This document shows, in pieces, positions 53,704 through 61,806 of a DNA stretch of 61,806 bases (within the stretch, counting starts at the first letter, position 1; every line of letters begins with the position of its first letter). The position numbers and the translations under genes were made by a program. The DNA comes from a virus (taxonomy: Duplodnaviria > Caudoviricetes), in IMG/VR virus record IMGVR_UViG_3300046479_000013, positions 1 to 61,806 of that record. One strand, 5' to 3'. The notes under the pieces were generated by a model. That model had not been told where the DNA came from. It saw only the letters and a program-made list of their open reading frames with translations, and made no database searches.

Positions 53704-53726
53704 AAAGGCCCCCATGAAGGGGGCCT
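53704..53726 (-). terminator. intrinsic terminator after NAD operon
   Basis: AGGCCCCC/GGGGGCCT hairpin followed by TT. Confidence 0.6.
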
Positions 53727-53731
53727 AAGTG

Positions 53732-54241
53732 TTAATCACGACCTTGACCTAAACCAGAACGGCTAGCCCGTTGCCTTCGAAGAGCAGCCAGAGCATCCTG
53801 CAGTGGATCCAGGTTGGTCTTACGCTCGAACTCCATGAGCCTCATCACCAGAGCGTTGTAGACCGCACGGTCTTTGGTTAACGTGAGATCCGTACGCAAT
53901 CCATTGATGAAAACATTAGAGCCCACATAGGGTTGGAAGACCAACCCCTTCCCCGAGGTCCAGGAGGAATACCCTTTGGTCTGCAGGGATAGACGAACCA
54001 GGGGATCCTTACCAGGACCTAACTGAAGGTAGTAGTTCGTCCCACCGGATCTACCGGGACCGTCATCATCGTAGTCCTCTGACACAATAGCCCAGCCGGT
54101 CTTGTCCTCGTTTAGCAAGGCGGCCACGGCCTCCGAGATTTCATTGAGAAGCCGGTTCTTGGCGTTCTCGTAGGCGGAGTCCGAAGTGAATTCTGGATGA
54201 TCAGGAACATACGGGGAAAGAATTGGGCGAACCATAATCAC
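53732..54241 (-). CDS. hypothetical protein
   Basis: Overlaps NAMPT stop; no recognised motif. Confidence 0.6.
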   Translation of the reverse strand: MIMVRPILSPYVPDHPEFTSDSAYENAKNRLLNEISEAVAALLNEDKTGWAIVSEDYDDDGPGRSGGTNYYLQLGPGKDPLVRLSLQTKGYSSWTSGKGLVFQPYVGSNVFINGLRTDLTLTKDRAVYNALVMRLMEFERKTNLDPLQDALAALRRQRASRSGLGQGRD

Positions 54242-55707
54242 AACTCCGTGTTGGCGCGGACCTCTTCGAGGGTCCAGTCCATGAGCAGGTTTCCGTTCTC
54301 CCAGACGGGGACGGTCAGCGGATCAGCGTTCTTCTCCTGGCCGACAGCAGAGAACATGAGGCCGTCAGAACGGCGAAAGGTCTTCACCTTACCTGGCTTG
54401 CTGATCTTGCCGAGATCCGTGATGGGCTTCTTGAACACTTCCACCCACTCCCCGTTGATGTCTAAGGCGCTGGCCTTGTGAGCATACTTGAGCGTGTCTC
54501 GGTCCACCTTCTGCAGCAGGGCACCACCCATCCCGAAGGCCCAGTTGTCAGCACTGTAGCCCAGGAGCATGGCACGGTTAAGGATCTGAGCGATGCTCTC
54601 AGGGCACACACCGTCACCCTGGATGATACGGACATGCTTGAGGACCTTGAAACCCTTGGAGTTCACGGTGGAGCCAAACTTGCGATCCAGGATTTCCACC
54701 AGGGCCATATTGACTTCCACGGGATCACCAGAATCAGGTCGGATCACCACGGTCTTGCCGGAGTCAATGACCTCTTGGCGAAGCTTGCCACCCCAGATGT
54801 TCTCGGCAGCGTTGAAGATATTATAGCTGTCACTGACACAGGCGATGAAGGGGAATTCCGGCCCATAGGCGTGAACCATCTGCTGCATCTGAAGCCATTC
54901 ACCAAGTGGGCCCAGGGCGGTCATGGTGCTGTGCTCGCTGGCGGGAATGGAGAACCCAGCCATCTCCGAGTGGTAGAATTCCGCTCCAGCGATGATGGCA
55001 TCAATGGTGTCCGTGCCTCTGAAGTGGGGAAGGTGAGACAGACCACCGATCTCACAAGTCTGCTCCGAAGAGCCACCGCGCATACCGAAGTCATGCAGCT
55101 TGAAGAGCAGACCAGACAGGTCGTCGGCGGTCACGGACAGATAGTGCTTGATGATCTGCTTAATGGTGTAGCTGATGGCCGAGACCGTGGTGGGATACCA
55201 GATGGCACGAAGCAGCTGGGTCTCAATGGGGCTGCAACCCCAAGCGAAGGCCGGGTCCGTGGCCTCCAGGATCACCTGGGGCACGAGGGTGTTGGTGATC
55301 ATCCCCTCGGGGAGAGCGGAGATCCGCACCGGGGGAAGGCCTCCATGACGCTCTACGACCTGCTTGTAGCCATCGTAGTTGAAGGGCTCACCGTGCCGGG
55401 TGACGATGTCCCGCATGACGTCCACGTGTTCCATCGTGATAGGCTTGCTGAGCACCTGCTTGAGCCACATCTGAGGGCCGAAGAACGGGAACCGGGTCAC
55501 ATTGAGGTGCTCGTCCAGGCCCAGGGCAGGAGAGATATCCCGGATGAGGTCATTGAAAGGAGCGAGTTCCTTGAGGGAGATCTTGCTGCCACGGCTCTCG
55601 GTGTAGCCGTAATAGCCTTGTAGGCCCTTGGGGTATTGGAGGAATTGGCTGTATTTGTAGCTGTCAGCACGGAGCCAGCAGTTGCGGAGGAGTTCATAGT
55701 TGGACAT
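54238..55707 (-). CDS. nadV: nicotinamide phosphoribosyltransferase
   Basis: DSYKYSQ..QYP, WYPTTV, LHDFGMRG, IPASEHS, VSDSYN, IRPDSGDP, IIQGDG, FGMGGALLQ; AGGAG RBS. Confidence 0.95.
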   Translation of the reverse strand: MSNYELLRNCWLRADSYKYSQFLQYPKGLQGYYGYTESRGSKISLKELAPFNDLIRDISPALGLDEHLNVTRFPFFGPQMWLKQVLSKPITMEHVDVMRDIVTRHGEPFNYDGYKQVVERHGGLPPVRISALPEGMITNTLVPQVILEATDPAFAWGCSPIETQLLRAIWYPTTVSAISYTIKQIIKHYLSVTADDLSGLLFKLHDFGMRGGSSEQTCEIGGLSHLPHFRGTDTIDAIIAGAEFYHSEMAGFSIPASEHSTMTALGPLGEWLQMQQMVHAYGPEFPFIACVSDSYNIFNAAENIWGGKLRQEVIDSGKTVVIRPDSGDPVEVNMALVEILDRKFGSTVNSKGFKVLKHVRIIQGDGVCPESIAQILNRAMLLGYSADNWAFGMGGALLQKVDRDTLKYAHKASALDINGEWVEVFKKPITDLGKISKPGKVKTFRRSDGLMFSAVGQEKNADPLTVPVWENGNLLMDWTLEEVRANTEL

Positions 55708-55723
55708 GGTGTATTCTCCTGGG

Positions 55724-56764
55724 TTAGCTGAGGCTGAGGAGGTTGAAGATAATATCGAAGTGGTCTTCGAAGATATTGTTACGTCTGGAAGCGAGGTCCT
55801 GCAAGGAGACCCACATGGCTGCATCAGCATCGTCGGCGGCTCGAACCTCCGGGAGTCTTCGGGTCTTGGGGTCCAGTTCCAGCCGGATCAAACCAGCATG
55901 GGTGATCACCCGGCCACGGAGAGACCGATTGGGATTGTCGAAGAACTGAATGGCCGACAAACGGTCATAGAGTTTCTCCTTGGAGACCTTGATCCCCGTC
56001 TCCTCCTTGAGCTCACGGATAATTCCGTCCTTTATGCGCTCCCTTTGGTCAAGGAAGCCACCAGGGAGAGCCCAGCTACCCTTTCCGGGAGCAAACTTGC
56101 GGCGCACCATTAAGATGTGACCGGCACAAACCACGACGGCGTCCACGGTCTGCATGGTGACCGGGAACTTCTTGGGGTCGTAGTCCTTGTAGTAGTCGTA
56201 TTCCTCCTTGCGCATCCCAAAGGCCAGGGTGGTCATCCATTTCTCGATGAACCCAATGACCCCATGGGGCACCTGGCCACGCCAGATCCCGGCCTTCTCC
56301 ACGCACCCAGGTTCTCCGAATTTGTATTCGAAGATCGCTTCCCGGATGGCCGTGGCATCCATTGGAATGGTCTTGTCCATGGCCTCGACGAAATCCCACT
56401 GGGGGAACATGTCGATGTAGTAGGAGGTCCGGTCCTTCTTGTGGCCGACCAGGCAGATGTTGGAATCCGAAGCGTTGGTGTGCTGGGAGATCACCTGCTG
56501 CACTGCGGCTGTCCAAGCGTCATCGTTGGAGTAGTCACAGATGGGGAGCACGGTGATCCGATCCCTCTCTTCCGGGAAGGTGCTCAGGATCATCTCCTTG
56601 CGATCCTCGAAGCTCCAGGGGTTCTTGGGGCTCAGGAACGTGAAGGCCGATCCTACCAGGACCAGGACGTTGTCGGCTAATTCCAGTGCCTTCTCAATCG
56701 AAGCCTTGTGGGCTAGATGAAGGGGCTGCATCCTACCGATGAAAACTGCAGTTGCGTATCGCAT
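55724..56764 (-). CDS. nadM: bifunctional NMN adenylyltransferase / Nudix hydrolase
   Basis: FIGRMQPLHLAH, KNPWS, GHKKD; WALPGGF..RELKEETG Nudix box; FEDH. Confidence 0.94.
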   Translation of the reverse strand: MRYATAVFIGRMQPLHLAHKASIEKALELADNVLVLVGSAFTFLSPKNPWSFEDRKEMILSTFPEERDRITVLPICDYSNDDAWTAAVQQVISQHTNASDSNICLVGHKKDRTSYYIDMFPQWDFVEAMDKTIPMDATAIREAIFEYKFGEPGCVEKAGIWRGQVPHGVIGFIEKWMTTLAFGMRKEEYDYYKDYDPKKFPVTMQTVDAVVVCAGHILMVRRKFAPGKGSWALPGGFLDQRERIKDGIIRELKEETGIKVSKEKLYDRLSAIQFFDNPNRSLRGRVITHAGLIRLELDPKTRRLPEVRAADDADAAMWVSLQDLASRRNNIFEDHFDIIFNLLSLS

Positions 56765-56821
56765 AGACTCTCCGTCTCTGTTGTTGGGACCTCTCTGGTC
56801 TCCAACTAGGTTACCGCAAGC

Positions 56822-57739
56822 TTATGAAATCGCAACGTGCTCCTTGAGCCACTTTTGAACACCAAACAATTGACCACAGCCTCCGCCGATATCATCCTGC
56901 CCTGCAGGGTCGAAGACTCGGGTGTTGTAGCCTTGTTGGGTGAAGATGCTGGCAATCTCCTGGATCCGATCAATGTGATGATACCCCGCTGACTTCATGG
57001 TTTCATTCTTTGAGCAAACCACGGAGAAGGTGAAGTAGAACATCTGAGGCGGGAAAAGAGTCACGAGCCGTTCAAAATCCTCGGGAGTCTGGTTGGAAGG
57101 GTCGATGCAATAGTTGAGGAACACCGGCCTACCAGTGGCCAGCCACCATTCAATCCCGCAATCCCGGATCTGCCGAAGATTCATCTTGTTCTCATAGGGA
57201 ATGAGCTTGCTGCGGGCCTCGTCCGTTGAGCGGTGAATCGAAAACTGCAGACCCAACTCTGGACAACCCAGGCGTGAGTAGCGGATGATGTCTTGGAACA
57301 CATGAGAATCGTTGATCCCTATGGTGGAGATCAAGAATTGAGTCCGGTTGTCAGAGCATACGCTGTGCTGGCGCAGCTGAGAGATGGAGTTGCGAACATT
57401 AGACCAGTTGAGCATGGGCTCACCCATGGACATGAACATGATCTGGGTCTTCTTACCCTTCCACTCGAACACGGCTTGGATATCCATGTCCCTCAGGATA
57501 TATTCCACCTGAGACACGATCTCCTCCGTGGTGAGGTTGCGGATGAAGTGGGCTCCGGTGCCACAGAACAAGCACCCTACGGGGCACCCACTCTGGACCG
57601 AGCAACAGATCACCGTGCGCTCCTCGAAGGAGTTGTAACGGTAGAGAACGGCCTCCACGATGGCATCAGCCTTGGTGAAGATATACTTCCAGACGTTCCC
57701 TTCTGAGGAATCTCGACGCTCTACGCTGTCCCAGACCAT
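56822..57739 (-). CDS. RlmN/Cfr-like radical SAM RNA methyltransferase
   Basis: SVQSGCPVGCLFCGTG, RNLTTEEI, FMSMGEPMLN, DIGGGCGQL. Confidence 0.88.
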   Translation of the reverse strand: MVWDSVERRDSSEGNVWKYIFTKADAIVEAVLYRYNSFEERTVICCSVQSGCPVGCLFCGTGAHFIRNLTTEEIVSQVEYILRDMDIQAVFEWKGKKTQIMFMSMGEPMLNWSNVRNSISQLRQHSVCSDNRTQFLISTIGINDSHVFQDIIRYSRLGCPELGLQFSIHRSTDEARSKLIPYENKMNLRQIRDCGIEWWLATGRPVFLNYCIDPSNQTPEDFERLVTLFPPQMFYFTFSVVCSKNETMKSAGYHHIDRIQEIASIFTQQGYNTRVFDPAGQDDIGGGCGQLFGVQKWLKEHVAIS

Positions 57740-57778
57740 AACCTCTCCTAGGCCACCATGACCCTATGGAGAGGTTAC

Positions 57779-58147
57779 TCAGTTGTGCAAGGCCCTTGGA
57801 GGAACGTTTGTGAGCTCAAAGATGTAACGGGCGTAAGTGAATCCCTGGGTGTCGATTACCCAGATCCGATTCCCAAAGCGCACGACACACTCATTGATGC
57901 CATCCAGACCAGCACCAGCGGCCACGGCAGCATCATACCTTAGAACCTCTTCTAGATCCGTGTGCAATGCAGCCTCGTCTTCGATGTCAATCACGGGCAG
58001 CTGTTTCAATGCAGCTTTCTGCTCTCGACGGAGGATTGAGTAATTGAACTTCAATGCCTCGTCCGGGAATGCCTTGCGATCCCAGAATTCGTGGAACGTC
58101 TCTTCCAGGTCCATCACAGATCCTCGTTTGAGCAAAACATTCTCCAT
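57779..58147 (-). CDS. acidic protein with divergent leader
   Basis: MENVLLKRGS. Confidence 0.6.
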   Translation of the reverse strand: MENVLLKRGSVMDLEETFHEFWDRKAFPDEALKFNYSILRREQKAALKQLPVIDIEDEAALHTDLEEVLRYDAAVAAGAGLDGINECVVRFGNRIWVIDTQGFTYARYIFELTNVPPRALHN

Positions 58148-58470
58148 ATGTTTATCTCCAGGATCCAAGTTCTATAAATTCCTGTGGTAAATTCTGTTTT
58201 CTGACTTTCTCGGAAACCCAGGATCACCAAAAGATCTCCCAATTGATCTTGTTGTTCTTTTGTGGACATTCTAGGATTTTCAAAGAAATCAATTGTTTCA
58301 CCCATTCGATTATAATACCAAAGAATGATTTCCTCAGAATCATTGTAGAGGTAACTGGCTCCTTCTTCAAAATTCAGTTTGGCAGCTGGAAAGATTCTCT
58401 TCAGACCTCTACGCAGAGAGGCCATAACAGCTGAATGACTGGATGCCTTTTTGAGTAGCGGGTTCTTCAT
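58114..58470 (-). CDS. KLL-leader family protein (divergent)
   Basis: MKNPLLKKAS; GDLLVILGF; GAGGAG RBS. Confidence 0.7.
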   Translation of the reverse strand: MKNPLLKKASSHSAVMASLRRGLKRIFPAAKLNFEEGASYLYNDSEEIILWYYNRMGETIDFFENPRMSTKEQQDQLGDLLVILGFRESQKTEFTTGIYRTWILEINIWRMFCSNEDL

Positions 58471-58485
58471 GTTACACTCCTCTAA

Positions 58486-58929
58486 TTAGTGGTGGAATGT
58501 TCGGTCCTGCATGAACTGTTCGATAGGCCGGGAACCTTTCTTGGTATTGCACTTGTCGCACATGGTGCGAAGGTTGTTGGGATCATCGGCCAGATGACGC
58601 TGCTCCTTGGTCCAGGAGGACTTAGGGATCACATGATCACAAGTCATCAGGCGACCATCCTCGGAGTAAAGATTGAGGTGCCACTTGCGCCCACCATGAG
58701 GCTGCAGATGACGCTGCACAGCGAAGAAGGCCCCTTTACGCCCACAGGCGTAGCACTTGAGGGACTCCGTGAAGGGGATCAGCCGGGGAGCCTGAAGGTC
58801 CACCCAGGACCCAAGGGTGTGGATGAACACCCGTTTGACGGATCCGATCATCGGGAGAATGTCCTGTACGGGAACATGGAAAGCAGTTTGGTAGCTGCGA
58901 TAGGCTTTGGTCATGATTGAATCAGACAT
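58486..58929 (-). CDS. HNH nuclease domain protein
   Basis: CYACG...MTCDHVIPKS...NLRTMCDKCNTKKG. Confidence 0.85.
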   Translation of the reverse strand: MSDSIMTKAYRSYQTAFHVPVQDILPMIGSVKRVFIHTLGSWVDLQAPRLIPFTESLKCYACGRKGAFFAVQRHLQPHGGRKWHLNLYSEDGRLMTCDHVIPKSSWTKEQRHLADDPNNLRTMCDKCNTKKGSRPIEQFMQDRTFHH

Positions 58930-59114
58930 TATTTATCCTCCTGGATTCCACTGTAGACCCAGTTGGGGTCAGCCGAAAGCTCAAGGAAGTTCTTTTCACG
59001 AGCCTCCTGGGATGCATTCTTATCTCCAAGAATGGCCCCATCCGCCATACATCCGATGGTGAACTTGTGGATTGAATCTTTCTTCCAGACGAACACATGA
59101 TGGAATTTGAGCAC
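58929..59114 (-). CDS. hypothetical protein
   Basis: AGGAG + GTG start; TAATG overlap. Confidence 0.55.
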   Translation of the reverse strand: MLKFHHVFVWKKDSIHKFTIGCMADGAILGDKNASQEAREKNFLELSADPNWVYSGIQEDK

Positions 59115-59123
59115 AGGTGACTC

Positions 59124-59327
59124 CTATTTGGTTTCAGATTTCCAATGGTTGCAGACGCTCATGGGGGTAGTCCGGAACTCACCCTCCAGGCAGTAATGGC
59201 AACGGATGGCTGGACGATTTGGATGGGGATCTGGCTTGTCCCACTTGTTGCAGTTGAGGCAATTCCCACAGCAGCGAGGGACCTCCTTGAAGCCCATCTC
59301 CCTCTTGAGTTCAGCGATCCGGCTCAT
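59124..59327 (-). CDS. small cysteine-rich protein
   Basis: CCGNCLNC...C..C...VCNHW; GGAG RBS. Confidence 0.6.
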   Translation of the reverse strand: MSRIAELKREMGFKEVPRCCGNCLNCNKWDKPDPHPNRPAIRCHYCLEGEFRTTPMSVCNHWKSETK

Positions 59328-59336
59328 TTCAACTCC

Positions 59337-59365
59337 AGAAAGAGGGCCGGGTTTCCCCGGCCCTC
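59337..59365 (-). terminator. intrinsic terminator after helicase
   Basis: GAGGGCCGGG/CCCGGCCCTC hairpin followed by TTTCT. Confidence 0.7.
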
Positions 59366-59371
59366 GGATGG

Positions 59372-61015
59372 CTACTGAACGGTGATGAAGACCAGTTCGT
59401 TCATGGAGCGGGTGACCGCGACATACATGAGGTTGTTTTCCTGCTGCATCTGCCAATCCTTCTTGGCATATTTGTTGGGCATATACTTGTTCATTCCCAG
59501 GATGAACACACGCTGCCATTCACGACCCTTGGACTTGTGGACGGTGCTCAGGGTCAGGACCTTGGTGGGCTCGCCTTCTTTGGAATCCCCGAAGAGACTG
59601 TTGACGAAGAACTCGAAATCGGCGACGGTGCGCTTACCTTCAGCCTGGAGGGAGTCAATGATGCAGATGATGGTGTCGGCCTTGTCCTCAACGCCCTGGA
59701 TCATGTCTTCCTTGTTCTTGGCCATGTACTTGGTGATCTCGCGCTCCTTCCAAGACTGGACCTTGGTCTTGAAAGCGTCCAGCCGGGTGACCTTCCAACG
59801 CTTGGCCATCGCCACCAGGCCCTGGCCGATTTCCCGACCCTCAACCCGGCAAGCGATGCCACGGCGGATCAGGGAGAATGCGAGGCTGACGAGGGGCTTG
59901 GTGTTGCGGCAGAGGATGGCGTCCGTGGTGAGGAGGGTCTCGTCGTCGAAGTCCGGGGTGAGCTTCTTACCCTCGGTGTTGAGCTCAGAAATCATGGGCA
60001 GGGAGCGAACGATCCCTTCGGGGTTGGACTCGTGCGCCTGGAAGTCCGGCACCCACTGCTGGGCCACGCGAACCACAGCCTTGGGGCAGCGGTAGGTCAG
60101 GTTGAGGGGAAGTTCGGCAGAACCCAGGGCGGCCTTGAGCTGGTCCATGGAGTCGCTGTCGGCACCCGTGAAACCGTAGATCGCCTGAGCGGGATCGCCC
60201 ACGGCGATGATGCGCCCGGTGGAACCGGCCATACGGATGGCAAGGAGGCGACGAGAGAGGTTGAGGTCCTGGGTCTCGTCCACGAGGACGAAAGACTTAG
60301 GCCAGAACTTGGCACGGTAGAACAGAGGGCCGAGGATCATGTCGTCGAAGTCAATGACGCCCTGAAGGACCTGCTCCAACGAGCGATTGTAGACGACGAT
60401 GCAGAGCTTGATCATGGAGTCGCTGTGCTTGAACTCATTCTCGTCCCAGTCCTCGTCCAGGCCGAAATGTTCAATGAGCTCATACCATTTCTCGATCTGA
60501 TCAACCGGGTGGGCCACGCCGAAGGCACGATTCTTGGCGAGGGACACGGCTTTGGTGACGAACCCCTTCTGGTTCTCGCAGATGTCGGCCTTCTCACGAG
60601 CGTCCATCATCTGCTCGGGGGTGATGCCTGAACGAAGAGAGGCTGTGGTGCAGGCGATCTGGAGGTCATTGACAATCTTCTCGATCTTCTTGTCGTCGGC
60701 TTCCTGCATTTCAACGTTCTTCATCCGCTTGAGGTAGCCCCGAAGAGCGGTGGAACCTGCGCTGTGCATGGTGACGGCGCGGACGTTCTTGCCGTAGTTA
60801 CCCTTGGAGATCTTACCTTGAAGTTCCTGGACGATGGCCTTGTTGTAGGCGACCAGGGCGACTTCATTGTTCATGTTCTGCTTCATGACGGCGTCCACGA
60901 TTGCCATCAGGGTGAAGCTCTTGCCACAGCCCGCACGTGCGACGACGTTGAGGTGGCCACCGTCCGGAACGAGGGCGTAGGCGACGACTGCAGACTGTTG
61001 GGTGCTCAGGGCCAT
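59372..61015 (-). CDS. UvrD/Rep-like superfamily 1 helicase
   Basis: ARAGCGKS, LVDETQD, VGDPAQAIYGFTGA, TYRCP, STVHKSKGREW, MYVAVTR; AAGGAG RBS. Confidence 0.93.
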   Translation of the reverse strand: MALSTQQSAVVAYALVPDGGHLNVVARAGCGKSFTLMAIVDAVMKQNMNNEVALVAYNKAIVQELQGKISKGNYGKNVRAVTMHSAGSTALRGYLKRMKNVEMQEADDKKIEKIVNDLQIACTTASLRSGITPEQMMDAREKADICENQKGFVTKAVSLAKNRAFGVAHPVDQIEKWYELIEHFGLDEDWDENEFKHSDSMIKLCIVVYNRSLEQVLQGVIDFDDMILGPLFYRAKFWPKSFVLVDETQDLNLSRRLLAIRMAGSTGRIIAVGDPAQAIYGFTGADSDSMDQLKAALGSAELPLNLTYRCPKAVVRVAQQWVPDFQAHESNPEGIVRSLPMISELNTEGKKLTPDFDDETLLTTDAILCRNTKPLVSLAFSLIRRGIACRVEGREIGQGLVAMAKRWKVTRLDAFKTKVQSWKEREITKYMAKNKEDMIQGVEDKADTIICIIDSLQAEGKRTVADFEFFVNSLFGDSKEGEPTKVLTLSTVHKSKGREWQRVFILGMNKYMPNKYAKKDWQMQQENNLMYVAVTRSMNELVFITVQ

Positions 61016-61129
61016 GGTAGTTCTCCTTCTGAACCCTAATCTACGGCTCAGGGGGTTATATGGGGTCATTCACACGCACCTTTGCCGGGAAACGGAGTTC
61101 CCGGCTTGGTGGGGGAGCATTGGGTGCTC

Positions 61130-61564
61130 CTAGTTGTTGACCGCTTCGGGGGTGGCTTCGGCAGCAGGAGCGGCAGGAGCGACGACCTTCTTCTTGTGGC
61201 TGCGCTTGGGCTTGGGGGCGTCGACCTTGACCGGGGCCGGAGCGGGGGTGGGCTCGACCTCGGGAGCCTCGGGAGCCGCCTTCGGGGCCTTCTTGGCCAC
61301 CTTGGGGGTGATGGTGCGGGTGATGGTCAGGCCGAGCTCTTCCATGGTGGCCAGAGCAGCCTTGCTGCGGCTGACCTGATAGCTGGCACCGCGACGATCG
61401 CCCTTCATGGTGATCAGCCCGTCCTTCTTCAGGGTCTGGAAGGCGCGACCGACGACCGGGGTTTCCAGGCGGGTGGCCTTGGCGTATTCGATGCGGCTGC
61501 AGCCGGGGGTGGTGGCGATCGCCTTGAAGACCTTCTCGGCGGGGGTGAGGTTGCGCTTGGCCAT
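61130..61564 (-). CDS. winged-helix DNA-binding protein with K/A/P-rich tail
   Basis: wHTH-like pattern (TPGCSRIEYAKAT...LKKDGLI..G); low-complexity C-terminus; AAGGAG RBS. Confidence 0.65.
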   Translation of the reverse strand: MAKRNLTPAEKVFKAIATTPGCSRIEYAKATRLETPVVGRAFQTLKKDGLITMKGDRRGASYQVSRSKAALATMEELGLTITRTITPKVAKKAPKAAPEAPEVEPTPAPAPVKVDAPKPKRSHKKKVVAPAAPAAEATPEAVNN

Positions 61565-61806
61565 GATTTTCTCCTTGGGGAGGGTGGGTTGTGGTGGGTT
61601 CTGGTTCGTGGGGTTCCTGACCCCGATGAACCTATATACGAGTATGCTCTCGTTCCAAGGTCAAAGGCGCCAAAATTATTTTTATGCGCCTTCAAAATAG
61701 TGACCGATACTTCACCTAGGAGGTGCACTATGGCCAATAAGCTCACCAAAACATCAATAACGCCACTCCCATCCCTAAGGGAGGACACGGTCAAAGCCGC
61801 ACAAAA

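Overview
This window looks like part of a large (jumbo-type) lytic phage genome, mostly transcribed on the minus strand. No rRNA, CRISPR array, integrase or IS element was seen. It carries rIIA/rIIB, two tail-fibre-like genes, a CCA-adding enzyme, Ro60 (TROVE), an NAD+ salvage pair (NAMPT + NMNAT-Nudix), NADAR, RlmN-like, QueC-like, SpeD-like, CoaE, PTH2-like, PspC, a TOPRIM protein, a UvrD-like helicase and six free-standing homing-type endonucleases among the tRNA genes. It has about 28 tRNA genes with anticodons for all 20 amino acids (the His gene is a mispaired chimera), including an amber suppressor, plus a tmRNA. Two systems stand out. (1) Ten divergent Y-RNA-like genes (44.5-52.8 kb) share a Ro60-type terminal bulged helix (GGUCG...UYAYC) and a GGUUAYC motif; several carry circularly permuted tRNA domains, and they sit among tRNA look-alikes with non-canonical anticodon loops. 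(2) About 27 otherwise diverse, mostly acidic proteins share a ~10-aa N-terminal leader (Mx[LF]x[AS]KLLxxA) that also recurs inside multidomain ORFs, consistent with a capsid-targeting/protease-processing signal. All calls come from motif recognition and base-pairing done by eye. No database search or folding program was run, so RNA ends are approximate and novelty is unverified.
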